DNA of 64,000 nucleotides from the sequence record PQ843332.1. One strand, written 5' to 3'. Of the stretch, positions 49,433-61,747 are shown in pieces. The translations under genes and the position numbers were made by a program. The first letter of the stretch is position 1. Each line of letters starts with the position of its first letter. This stretch comes from Escherichia phage P-GXEC-L2P5. The notes under the pieces are model-generated. The model had not been told where the DNA came from, made no database searches, and was given only the letters and a program-made list of their open reading frames with translations.

Positions 49433-49893
49433 GGAGCGGGACAGGCGGGACGTCCCGTTTTGTCCCGCCACCACTAAACCGCATATATACTCACTTTCAT
49501 TGCATAAATTAAAAGCGGGACAGGGGTGCTGTCCCGCTTTGTCCCGCCCCCAAAATGTGAATATCTATTCGATTTTCGTGCATAAAACAAACGGGACAAA
49601 AAGCGGGACAGAATTGGGCGGGACAAAGCGGGACAGCACCCCTGTCCCCGCCAGTGCTGCCGCGGGTTTTAGCCGATCGGGACAGGCGGGACAAAGCCCA
49701 GTCTTTCAGACTAGACGGGGGGTCTGTCACCCCCCTCGTCTGAGACTGAATAAGGTTTGTTTTAAATTCGCTGATACAATGACCGACGGCAACTGCATAA
49801 AAAGGGCCCCCCTCGTCTGAGACTGAATAAGGTTTGTTTTAAATTCGCTGATACAATGACCGACGGCAACTGCATAAAAAGGGGGACTGCATA
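49433..49893. repeat. non-coding repeat module R3, second-copy counterpart of R1
   Basis: Same GCGGGACA arrays, inverted pair GCGGGACAGGGGTGCTGTCCCGC, hairpin and TGCATAAA boxes; ORFs called here are spurious. Confidence 0.7.
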
Positions 49894-52800
49894 ATGGCAG
49901 ATCAGGCAGCGGGCATCACGCTCAAGGCGGACGTCGCGCAAATTAAAACGGCGAATACTGTGCTGGACACATTTGCGCAGAAATCCGAGAACACAGAACA
50001 GAAAGTCAAAAAATTAAACGACACCCTCGGCAAGTCGAAAAAGGTCACTGGCGACGCCGCGGGCGGAATGGAAAAGTTAGCGACTGAATCGCAGCGCGCC
50101 GCCGACGGCATGACGAAACAGGAGCGACTAGCCAGCCGATTAGGCATGTCGACCAAGAACCTGGGATTCGCATCGCCGCCGACGGCATGACGAAACAGGA
50201 GCGACTCGCCAGCCGATTAGGCATGTCGACCAAAAACCTGGGATTCGCATCGCGGAACGCCGCATTCCAGTTACAGGATATCGCGGTTACGCTTGAGATG
50301 GGTATGCCGGTGCACCGCGTCATGCTTCAGCAGCTACCGCAGCTTACTGGGGCGTTTGGCGGACTGGGAAACACGCTGCATTATGTCGTCGGCACACTCG
50401 GCCCGTTAGGGATTGGCATCGCTGCATTAACGGCAACGCTCGGCGTAGGGGTGGCAATTACGACCCGCGCAGAGAACCAGGTGGCGGCGCTTAATAAGAC
50501 GCTGGCGCTGTCCGGTAATATTTCAGGCCTGACAGCTAACCAGATCCTTGTGCTGTCCGAGAACGCCGAGCGCATGGGCGGGTCATTTCGCAAGACGCGT
50601 GACACAATCCAGGCGCTGGCGGCGGCGGGTGTGAAAGCGGGTGGTGACTTTGGCGCATTGGCTAAGGTAGTGAATGACTTTGCGAAGGTGTCCAGCCAGC
50701 CGATCGAGGATGTGGTGGCGGCGGTGGCGAAGCTGTCAAGAAGGTAGTGAATGACTTCGCGAAGGTGTCCAGCCAGCCGATCGAGGATGTGGTAGCGGCG
50801 GTGGCGAAGCTGTCAACCGACCCCGTTGGCGGACTGCGTGCGCTGGCGGATAAGTATCACGTCGTAAACGAAGCGCAGATCCAGCAGGTACAGTCGCTCG
50901 TTGATGCGGGTCGTGAGACAGACGCAGTTGCGTTGGCTAACAAAACAGCCGCTGCGTCGTTCACCAGCATGACCAATGAGATCAAGGCGAACATGGGTAC
51001 GCTTGAGCGATCTATGAACGTCGTCACATCGGCAGCCAAATCAATGTGGGACGCTATCCTGGATGTGGGTCGCGCGCAGTCCTCCAATGAGTCCGAGATG
51101 AAAGCGCGCGAATCACTCCAGCGCATGACCACGGCTTACTATGCCGAGATGAAAGCGGTAAACGCTGCCGGTGGGGTAATGACTGAAGCGCACTGCAGCG
51201 GCTGACCACGGCTTACTATGCCGAGATGAAAGCGGTAAACGCTGCCGGTGGGGTAATGACTGAAGCGCAGAAAGCACGTATTAACATGCTTTACAGCGAA
51301 CTGGTCGCCCAGGAAAAAGTGGTGGCGTCGCTCACCCTGCGTAACCGTGCGGAGCGAGACAACGCCCGCGCCGCAGATGAATCCGCAAAGGCGAACGAGG
51401 AGGCCAACCGCACCGCCCGCGACCGCGCCGCGTTTGAAAAGGAGTACGCAACTAACGCGAAGAAGCGCGCCGACGAGATCGCCCGCCTCAATTTGCTGAA
51501 TAAGCGCGGCGTTATTGATGAGAAAGAGCTTGCCGAGGCGGTTAAGCAGGTAAACGAGCGTTACAAAGACCCGGCCCCGAAGAAGGCCGCGGCTGTTCGC
51601 GTGGATGCCGGTATGAAAATGCTGGAAGTCGCACGGAGCGAACTGGCCCAGCTCCGAAAAAGGCCGCGGCTGTTCGCGTGGATGCCGGTATGAAAATGCT
51701 GGAAGTCGCACGGAGCGAACTGGCCCAGCTTCGAGAATCCGGCAAGCAGATCGAAGCCAACGCGTCTACGCAGACCCGCACGCAACGCGCGCAAGCGGCC
51801 TTAAACAAGCTGATCGCCGACAATGAGCAGTTAATCGCCGCAAGCAAAGAAAGAGCGCTAACGGCAGCCGAAAAGCAGCAATTAGTCGAGTTCGGGCGCG
51901 TGAAGGAAGTCCGCGAGCAGATCGTCGAAGAAGCCAAATTGCTGGACGCGAAAGAGAAGCAGGTTAAGGCGCACGCGCAGATCGATGCCTTCGTTAAGAA
52001 CCAGAACGCCGAACTATGCTGGATGCGAAAGAGCAGCAGGTTAAGGCGCACGCGCAGATCGATGCCTTCGTTAAGAACCAGAACGCCGAACTAAAAGCCA
52101 CCGCCGCGGGGTATGCGCTTTCCACTCGCGAAGCGGCAAACCTGCGCGAAGAATTGCAGCTAATCGACCGCCTGAAGCGTGTAGGCGCTAACGATACCGA
52201 TATTGACAAGGCGGTGTCTAAGCTGCGAGAATGCAGCTAATTGACCGCCTGAAGCGGGTTGGCGCTAACGATACCGATATTGATAAGGCGGTGTCTAAGC
52301 TGCGAGAAGTGCAGGAAGCACAGACCGGCGCTAACGCCTCGTTATGGGATGGATTCAGTCGCGGGCTTAAGGATAGCGTGGATGAAATGGGTAACGGATA
52401 TACGCAGATGGCGTCTCTCACGAAATTCACATTCAGCGCTATGCAGGACACGATGAACGAGTTTTTCGAGACTGGCAAGCTGAACGCAAAGGATATGGTT
52501 AAGTCCATCCTGAGCGAATTAATCAAGCTGGCTACCTCGCAGGCGTTCAAGTCCATCGTTAGCGCTTTCGGTGGCGACGGCGGCAAAAACGGATTGTTCG
52601 GCGCTATCTTCTCGGGCCTCACCAAGAATGCGGACGGCGGAGCGTACGTGGCGACGGCGGCAAAAACGGATTGTTCGGCGCTATCTTCTCGGGCCTCACT
52701 AAGAATGCGGACGGCGGAGCGTACACCGGAGGCAATCTCGCGGCCTATTCGGGGCAAGTGGTGAGCCAGCCTACCTTTTTCAGTTATGGCGTCCAGGCGT

Positions 52801-53152
52801 TCGCTAAGGGCGCTGGGTTGATGGGTGAGGCTGGACCCGAGGCCATCATGCCGCTGAAGCGCGGGCCGGACGGGAAACTGGGCGTTGCCGCGTCTGGCGC
52901 AGGCGGTGGTATGGTCGTGACGACTAACGTTTACACGGGGACCGGTAAAACGGATACCAGTGTGCCGCGTCTGGCGCAGGCGGTGGTATGGTCGTGACGA
53001 CTAACGTTTACACGGGGACCGGTAAGACGGATACCAGTGTCAGCGGGCCGGATCCCCGTACCGCGCAGGCGTTCGGCAAGCAAATCACCGAGGCGGTGAA
53101 GGCCGAGATCGTGAAGGCGACGAAACCGGGTGGTGTACTTTACAAACGATGA
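49894..53152 (+). CDS. tail length tape measure protein, second copy (fragmented by tandem duplications)
   Basis: ORFs 49894-50190 through 52671-52997 are collinear with 605-3401 at about 95% aa identity. Confidence 0.7.
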
Positions 53153-53186
53153 TAAAATGGCCCTCACTACAACGTGGGGGCTTTTT

Positions 53187-54017
53187 ATGTCACAAGGTAC
53201 AATCACACTAACGAAAGGAAGTAAGACCGTCACGGGCGCGGGAACGGCGTTCCTTAGCGAGATCGGGAAGGTACTCGTATTCGCCCGCATCGACGGCAAC
53301 GACTACACCGGCAAAATTGCGGCATTCAACTCGAACACGGTCATTACTCTGAAAGATAACTGGGCCGGGACGGCAACGACTACACCGGCAAAATTGCGGC
53401 ATTCAACTCGAACACGGTCATTACTCTGAAAGATAACTGGGCTGGGCCGACGAAATCCGGTGCGGCATATGAGCTAATCGAAGCACACGACCCGCGATCA
53501 AACGAATGGCCCTATTACTGGCACATGCAATTGCAAGGCGGCGGAGTGAGCTAATCGAAGCACACGACCCGCGATCAAACGAATGGCCATATTACTGGCA
53601 CATGCAATTGCAGGGCGGTGGCGACGTGCAGTTAGCTTTCCGGTCGGAGGAATTGCAATTCGGTAACGGTTACGGACAGAACATCGCGGACGGCCCGAAC
53701 GCCGAAACGAAACAGTTCCCCGTGCAATTCGTCGGGCTGACTACGGACAAATGGTGCGCATCGCGGACGGCCCGAACGCCGAAACGAAACAGTTCCCCGT
53801 GCAATTCGTCGGGCTGACTACGGACAAATGGTGCAATCCTAAACTGGTTTACAACTTCCTTCGCGGTCACTTCGTAAAACCGTTTGTCGTCACAGCACCA
53901 GATGGCGAAACAGGTTTATTCGTGGTCGAGCGTTCGAGCTTGTCGTACACGGACAACGGGCACTACACGGCAACGGTATCCGCCACCCTTAAGACTGCTA
54001 TTGGATTCGTAAGATGA
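53187..54017 (+). CDS. minor tail protein, gpM-like, second copy (frame broken by duplications near 53330-53430, 53470-53620 and 53690-53840)
   Basis: Collinear with 3436-4112. Confidence 0.5.
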
Positions 54018-54879
54018 ATAAACTTTATCGCGAGGCGACGCGCTTTGACCCATCGGGCCGCGTTCGCCTGATTCACATTGACGCGCAGGACGTGGAACCA
54101 GGCGACGGCGCGATCGGAGCGGGCCATCACTATTTTCATTACTGCTTCATTCCGCTGACGCGCAGGACGTGGAACCCGGAGACGGCGCGATCGGCGCGGG
54201 CCACCACTATTTTCATTACTGCTTTATCCCACACACTGCGGAGGATATCGCTGCCGCGGGTGGTGACGAGGATAAGCTAAAACCTAAATCAATCTTCTTC
54301 GGCGGGCAGGAGTTCGAATTTTGGCCCTTCGATTTGTCCGGCCTTAACTTTTCCACATCGACGGCAGCAGAACCGCAACTAACAATCGTCGATATTGGCG
54401 GCATAATAACCCGGCTGTCACTGAATCACGACCAGCTACTGGGCGCGAAGGTTGAAATAATCGACACATTCGCGAAGTTCCTGGATAACGGGTCGGACCC
54501 AGACCCGACGCAGAAACGAGTGCAGGAGTATTACATCGACTCGCAGGTCGGGCGCAATCCAGGCAAGCAAATCACCTTCGCACTATCCTCCCCCGCGGAT
54601 ATGGAAGGGCAGGTCGTTCCCCGTCGCCAGATCATGAACATGTGCGAATGGGCGCTCAACGGGAAGTACGCCAGCGGGGACGGTTGCACATGGAACCTTG
54701 CACAGCCTGGAATAAAGTATTACGACGAGCGAGGTAATGAAGTCATCGCAATGAATATGGACCGATGCGGCGGCTGTTTGTCCGACTGCTATCTTCGTTT
54801 TGGGCAAGGGCTTGCGGATCCTAAAGCTGCGGTGCTGGACTTCGGTGGTTTTCCTGGGTCCAAATTAATCAAGGGGTAG
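54014..54879 (+). CDS. minor tail protein, gpL-like, second copy (frame broken by duplication near 54090-54200)
   Basis: Collinear with 4109-4897. Confidence 0.7.
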
Positions 54880-54881
54880 CC

Positions 54882-55622
54882 ATGTTAACGAAAAAGGTTA
54901 AAAGCGATATCGCCGCGCACGTTGCGGCATGTCTGCCTGAAGAAGCCTGTGGCCTTGTTGTCATGGTGGGCCGCAAACAAGTATTTGTCCCGTGCATGAA
55001 CGTATTCGAAGACCCGACCGGCGTGCGCTCACGCAGAGACGCATTCACGATTAGTGATATGGCCTGGATGGATGCCGAGGATATGGGCGACGTCGTGCGA
55101 GTAGTCCACTCGCATCCAGGCCAGCGAGAGCTTACACCCTCACTTGGCGACGTTAACGGATGCAACGGCAGCGGCGTAGTCTGGACCATCACTAACGAAT
55201 ATGGCGACTTTATCGAGATCGACCCTGAAGACCCGCCGCTGGTAGGCCGCCGATTTGTTCTCGGAATTACAGATTGTTATGGCCTCGTCATGGACTGGCA
55301 CAAAAAGCAGGGTGTAAACCTGCCAGACTTCCGCGTGCCGTATAACTGGTGGGAGACAGGCGAAAATCTGTATATGGATAATTGGTACGGTGCTGGCTTC
55401 AGGGAATGCGAGGAGAATACGCCGGGGGCAATGGTCATCATGCAGATTAGCGCGCCTGTGCCTAACCACGCTGGGATATTCCTTCCGGGCAACCAACTAC
55501 TACACCATATCTACGGCAGCCTGTCGAGCGTGATTCCCTTCCGGTCAGGATTTTTCCGGGACAATGTGGTTAAATGGGTACGTCATAAAGACCTACCGGG
55601 GAATATAACAGAATGGCAATGA
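54882..55622 (+). CDS. tail assembly protein, gpK-like, second copy
   Basis: Intact 246 aa ORF; about 11 substitutions relative to 4900-5640. Confidence 0.8.
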   Translation: MLTKKVKSDIAAHVAACLPEEACGLVVMVGRKQVFVPCMNVFEDPTGVRSRRDAFTISDMAWMDAEDMGDVVRVVHSHPGQRELTPSLGDVNGCNGSGVVWTITNEYGDFIEIDPEDPPLVGRRFVLGITDCYGLVMDWHKKQGVNLPDFRVPYNWWETGENLYMDNWYGAGFRECEENTPGAMVIMQISAPVPNHAGIFLPGNQLLHHIYGSLSSVIPFRSGFFRDNVVKWVRHKDLPGNITEWQ

Positions 55623-56384
55623 CCACATTTAAATTATACGGCGTTTTAGGACGTCGATTCGGTAAAGTGCATAAGCTGGACTGCTTCACTCCGGGCGAGG
55701 GTATCACCGGCCTGTGCGTGAAGTTACCCGGCTTACAGGACTTTCTAATGTCGGCCCACCTGGACAATATGATGTTCAAGGTGCGCAAAGGCGACCACAC
55801 GATGACCGGCTATGATGAGCTGGGCGAGTTCCACGGCAACCGCGTATGATGTTCAAGGTGCGCAAAGGCGACCACACGATGACCGGCTATGATGAGCTGG
55901 GTGAGTTCCACGGCAACCGCGTCGTTACCATCGCGCCGGTTATGACGGGCGCAAAAAGAGGGTTGGGACAATTGCTGGCGGGTGTCGCGATCGTAGTGGC
56001 GTCGTTCTATACGGGCGGACTTGCTACTGCCGCTTTCGGGGCTTCGGCTGCAACCGCTGCCGCTATCGGGACGGCGACGTTTTCGTTCGGGATGTCGATG
56101 GCGCTGGGTGGCGTTATGCAATTGCTGTCGCCACAACCGAAAGGATTGCAGACAAGGCAGGACGTGGATAACAAAGCGTCGTACGCGTTCGGCGGGCCTT
56201 GCTGTCGCCACAACCGAAAGGATTGCAGACAAGGCAGGACGTGGATAACAAAGCGTCGTATGCGTTCGGAGGCCCAGTAAACACTACCGCGCAAGGCACG
56301 GCGCTTGGTGTATTATGGGGCGAGCGTGAGATCGGCGGCGCTATTATTTCAGCCGGAATCGTAACCGAGGACTTGAACGAATGA
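55613..56384 (+). CDS. tail assembly protein, gpI-like, second copy (frame broken by duplications near 55790-55880 and 56150-56260)
   Basis: Collinear with 5631-6248. Confidence 0.6.
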
Positions 56385-59300
56385 CGATTATCTACGACGT
56401 CACAGGGCATAAAGGCGGCGGCGGCAAACAGCACACCCCGCAGGAGACGCCCGATAGCCTGCATTCGCTGGCTAAAATCCGCATCTTGCTTGCGCTGGGG
56501 GAAGGGGAATTCGAAAGTATTACCAGCGCCAGCGAATTGCGGCAGCGTGTATATCTGGACGGAACACCGATCCAGAACGCGGACTTGTCCGAAAACTTCC
56601 CCGGCGCGCGTGTGGAGTTCCGCCCCGGAACACAGCACCAGGATGTGATCCACGGATTTTCAGCGGTGGAAAGTGAGCAATCTGTCGGCGTAAAACTGGA
56701 AAACGGCACGCCGTGGGTGCGCCAGATTAACGACACCAGCTTGGACGCCGTGCGCATTCGCATCGGCATTCCGGCACTGTACACAAACGAAGATAATGGC
56801 GACCTGGTGGGCGGGCGCATCGACTATAAGATCGTTGTGTATACGGATAACGCCGACCCGCGTGAGTTCAGATTCGCCGCCGTTGGTAAAACAATGTCGA
56901 CTATAAGATCGTTGTGTATACGGATAACGCCGACCCGCGTGAGTTCAGATTCGCCGCCGTTGGTAAAACAATGTCGCTGTATGAGCGCGACCACCGCATA
57001 GAATTACCTCCGAACGTTAACACCGGCTGGCGCGTGGAGGTGCACCGCATAACGGCAGACTCCACATCGGCGAAAGTGGTTAATGATATCCGGGTGCAGT
57101 CCATCACTGAGATTATTGACGCCCGCCTGCGTTACCCGCTAACCGCGCTGTTGTTTGTGGAGTTCGACGCCAAAGCGTTCCAGAACATCCCGCGCGTGCC
57201 CGCCTGCGTTACCCGCTAACCGCGCTGTTGTTTGTGGAGTTCGACGCCAAAGCGTTCCAGAACATCCCGCGCGTGTCCATCAAGTGCAAAGGCCGCAAAG
57301 TTCTAATACCGAACAACTACGACCCGATCAATCATACCTATGCCGGGTACTGGGACGGCACGTTTAAACGCGCATGGACGGATAACCCTGCGTGGCACTG
57401 GTACGATATTTGTATTACTGAGCGCTTCGGCCTCGGTCGGCGTATCAAACCGCAAATGCTAAACCGATACGCGCTCTGTACGATATTTGTATTACTGAGC
57501 GCTTCGGCCTCGGTCGGCGTATCAAACCGCAAATGTTAAACCGGTACGCGCTCTACCAGATTGCGCAGCGCTGCGATCAGTTGGTCAGCGACGGCAACGG
57601 TGGTCGAGAAATCCGCTTTAAGAATGATATGTACATTCAGTCACAGACGGATGCCTGGACCGTGCTTAAGGATTTAGCCGCCATCTTCGCTGGGATGACC
57701 TGGTGGGGAAACCAAATGTTGAATATCGTCAGTGACCAACCGGTCGCAGCAGTGTCGCACACTATCACCAACGCCTCGGTTATTGATGGCCGATTCGACT
57801 ACGCATCAGTGACCAACCGGTCGCAGCAGTGTCGCACACTATCACCAACGCCTCGGTTATTGATGGTCGATTCGACTACGCGTCCGGTAGCCAGAAAACT
57901 CGGTATTCCACATTCGCGGTAGCATACGGCAACCCGAAGAACCACTATGAAGATGCCATCGCAACGGGGCAACGTGTCGAACTGGTACGCCGCCATAAGA
58001 TTAACCGTCTTGATATAACGGCGATCGGCTGTACGCGTGAGTCAGAAGCGCAACGACGTGGGCACTGGGCGCTAATCTCCAACCAGCTTGACCAGCAAGT
58101 TAGCTTTAAGGTGGGCATGGAGGGACTTTTCTTTATTCCTGGTAGCGTAGTCGCGATCGCCGATACAAACATTTCTGGCGGCTTCGAGACACGCGGCGGT
58201 CGCCTGTTGTCGGACCCTGGCACGCGTACCGTGCTTAACACGGACAGCGAAATCACATTCCGCCCAGGTGATAAATTCCTGGTACGCACCGATAGTGGTA
58301 ATGTAGAGACTCGCGAGATCGCCAGCGTCAACGGCAACAAGGTTACGCTAAAAACCGCACTGGACGCCGACCCGATTCCTGATCAGCCGTTTTGCGTCGA
58401 TGGCAACGATATCCAGTTGCAGAAGTTCCGCATCACCGACCTGGAATATGACGACTCTACGAGCACTTTCTCGGTGCGCGGGATTGAATACAACGATAGC
58501 AAGTATGATGCCGTTGATAATGGCGCTCGCCTTGATCCTGGTATCTTCACGCAAGTGCCCGACGGGGTAATGAAGGGGCCGGAATCCGTGACCATCACCC
58601 CGTCGCAGATTTCATCGCAAGGACAGCTAATCACCAACGTGGATATTGTTTTCGGCCGGAATCCGTGACCATCACCCCGTCGCAGATTTCATCGCAAGGA
58701 CAGCTAATCACCAACGTGGATATTGTATTCCCTCCGGTGAAGGATGCCGTGGTGTATGAAATCCAGTGGAGGCGTACCAGCCTTCAGAATATGGAAATCC
58801 AGTGGGGTAACGACTGGGTGAATATCCCACGCACGGCGTCGAACGGCGCGCACATCCCTAACGTGTTCTCCGGTAACTACCAGGCACGCGTCCGCGCGAT
58901 CGGTATGGGCGAGATTTCATCTCCGTGGGTGTCGTCCGCCATCACGCCGGTGGAAGGTCGTCTCGGTGGGCTTAACGCACCAATCATCACCAACGCTATT
59001 TCGGGCCTTCACCAGATCTTGTGGAAGTGGAACCACAACAACGCCGCTACTGATATCTCGTACACCGAGCTTGAAGTGCGCAAGACCGGTGAGACTGAAT
59101 GGAAATTCCTTACCAACGTCCCATATCCGGGGGCGGAGTATGCGCAAACATCGCTGGAGTTCGGAATTTACCAGCAGTTGCGCGCCCGTGTAGCGGATAA
59201 AATCGGCAACCTGTCGGACTGGTCGGCCCCGTTTGAAGGGCAGGTGAGTGACAAAGTTGACGAGTACATGAAGGGGCTTGATGACGAGTTCTTGACTTCC

Positions 59301-60339
59301 GAGGATGGTAAACGCTTCCAGGAAGCAATCAAGTTGACGAGTACATGAAGGGGCTTGATGACGAGTTCTTGACTTCCGAGGATGGTAAACACTTCCAGGA
59401 AGCTATTAACACGATCCCGCAAGGCATTTATGAGTCAATGCTCACCGACGCCCAGCAGCTATTCAACGCCCGCGCCGAGTACAAAGGGATTTATGCGGAA
59501 ATCAAGGTCGCGTATAACGTGGCGGCGGACGCCCACAAGGCGGTCGCTCAACTGGAGACGTTGATCGGCACGCGACTTGATGACGCGGAAGCTGCGATCC
59601 ACACGTTGCAGACGGCGCAGACGCTCAACTGGAGACGTTGATCGGCACGCGACTTGATGACGCGGAAGCTGCGATCCGCACGTTGCAGACCGCGCAGAGC
59701 ACACAGGAACAAGCGTTCGCCCAGTACCAGCAAACTGTTGCCGCTAAGTTCGGGGAACAGGAAGCCGCCATCCAGCAGGTACAAACGGCAACCGCAGACG
59801 TGGCGGGAGCGCTGGCGGAATATAAGACCCAGGTCGCTACACAGTTCGGTCAGCAGTCCGCCGCTATCGAGCAGAAGATGACGTCCTCGTTTAACCACTC
59901 TGGTGGTAGCGCCACGTATAGCCTTAAGGCTGGCGTGACATATAACGGGACTTATTATGATGCGGGTATGCAGCTCTCCGTCGTGACGTCTGGCAACGCG
60001 GTTAAATCGCGTATTGCGTTCAAGGCGGACCAGTTCTACATCATGCATCCGTCCAATGGGACGCTGTCGTCTGCGTTTATTGTGGACGGTGGCGCGGTGT
60101 ATATCGACACGGCACGCATCAAGAACGCGTCCATCAACTTCGCGCAGATAACAGACACGCTGCAATCGAATAACTACGACGGCAGCACGCGCGGCTGGCG
60201 CTTAGGGAAAGATGGAACGTTTATCAACCTGGGCACCGGTAGCGGCGGCGGGATGAAACAGACGAACACAAGAATCAGCGTGAAGGACGGAAACGGCGTT
60301 CTCCGCGTGCAGATTGGTGAGCTTACTGGTAGCTGGTAG
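56381..60339 (+). CDS. host specificity protein, gpJ-like, second copy with divergent C-terminal domain (fragmented by at least seven duplications)
   Basis: N-terminal about 1,000 aa collinear with 6322-9826; extra repeat block and a different last ~60 aa. Confidence 0.75.
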
Positions 60340-60375
60340 TATAGGGGCTTCGGCCCCTTTTTAACGAGGTTATTT

Positions 60376-60678
60376 ATGGCATTCGGTATCGCAACGTGGG
60401 ACGCGCAAGGACGCCCAAACAACTACGGCATTAAACCGGTAAGCGTGATCGGAAGGATTCATCTTGCGGAAGGACAAAAATCAGGCGCATGGTCATTCCC
60501 TGTACCGGCGGGGATGAAGGTCGGATACGTGGTCGCACTGGATAAAGGCGCGGTCGGGCCAGGACGCAGAATATCTGCCAGCGGGAACACTATCACGGTT
60601 TCCGCGGCAAGTGCAGTAGGTGGCGGGGTTTACTCCGCATCTGAATGTGACGTTATTGTTTTTGTGGAGCGAGCATAA
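60376..60678 (+). CDS. hypothetical protein specific to second copy
   Basis: Intact 100 aa ORF replacing the minus-strand cassette found after gpJ in copy 1. Confidence 0.4.
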   Translation: MAFGIATWDAQGRPNNYGIKPVSVIGRIHLAEGQKSGAWSFPVPAGMKVGYVVALDKGAVGPGRRISASGNTITVSAASAVGGGVYSASECDVIVFVERA

Positions 60679-61429
60679 TGGCTAATTACGGCGCGTTGAT
60701 TGACTTACCAAACGGCAACCCGTTTATCACGCCAGAATCGACGCCGTTTTGTCTCTTCCGCCGTGTGGTTGTTGGGTCTTCGGCTAACGGCACTGCGCAG
60801 TCGGCGGCTGCCGATATTAATTTGGGTGGTGACTACCCTGCAATAGCGTTTGTTAAAACTACGCACACCGCCCAGCCGACCGTCGTAGGGTCTTCTCGCG
60901 TTGGTAATGTGGTGAAGGTGAGCGCCAGCAATCCATTCGGGCAGGGCTTCACGATGACGGCTTACATCTTTGCTATATTCCCACAGACCCTTCCGCGGTG
61001 GGGCTTCGCTATTTGGGATAAGACGGGGAAGCTAGTGCTTACTAATGAGAGTCGCGTACTAAGTCCCTTCCGCGGTGGGGCTTCGCTATTTGGGATAAGA
61101 CGGGGAAGCTAGTGCTTACTAATGAGAGTCGCGTACTGAGCGATTTAGTTACCGTCGGGTCGCCTGGCGCTAACGGGGGGATTAACATTGATCAGACGCT
61201 AAACGGCAGCTACGCCGTCGCACCGGGAATATTGGGGTCTACGCTGATCCGGTTTTTTGTGCAGGGCCAGCCGCAGGTAATATCGGTAACGGCGTACACG
61301 GGGGCCAGATTTGATGGGTCGCGAACTCGTATATCGGCAGCGTCGTCGGGGAACGCCACGGGGGATGTGGTGGGGTATACTAACAACGGCAACGCGATTA
61401 TGGCGATTAACACTGCCAATTATGATTGA
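60678..61429 (+). CDS. hypothetical protein specific to second copy (duplication near 61030-61130)
   Basis: ORFs 60678-61112 and 61112-61429; ATGA-type overlap with upstream gene. Confidence 0.4.
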
Positions 61430-61430
61430 A

Positions 61431-61456
61431 GAAAGCCCCGAAAGGGGCTTATTTGC
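61431..61456 (+). terminator. bidirectional rho-independent terminator (aaagccccgaaaggggctt)
   Basis: Perfect stem between convergent genes. Confidence 0.55.
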
Positions 61457-61667
61457 AGGTTGTGCTTTTGAAATGGTCTACAGACACGTACTGGAAGCTA
61501 AACGGATAACCCGCCCTTAGCATTTTATGCCCGGAGAAGTCCGCAACACCATACACAGGTACCGCATAATCCATGCCGCTATTCTGGTATGTGGCGTCGC
61601 AGACTTTAGCGGGCATGTTGGCACAACCGGACAAAAGAACCGCACAAATCATAATTAAAGTTTTCAT
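61449..61667 (-). CDS. small lipoprotein, second-copy variant with unrelated mature domain
   Basis: Same signal peptide MKTLIMICAVLLSGC as 10821-11042; mature part ANMPAKVCDATYQNSG... is unrelated. Confidence 0.5.
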   Translation of the reverse strand: MKTLIMICAVLLSGCANMPAKVCDATYQNSGMDYAVPVYGVADFSGHKMLRAGYPFSFQYVSVDHFKSTTCK

Positions 61668-61747
61668 GGTATCATCTCCTATATTTGGTCGAGTTTCAGT
61701 ATTACACCGCTCAACCAGGATTGCAACCAATTTATGAGGATTTAGCT

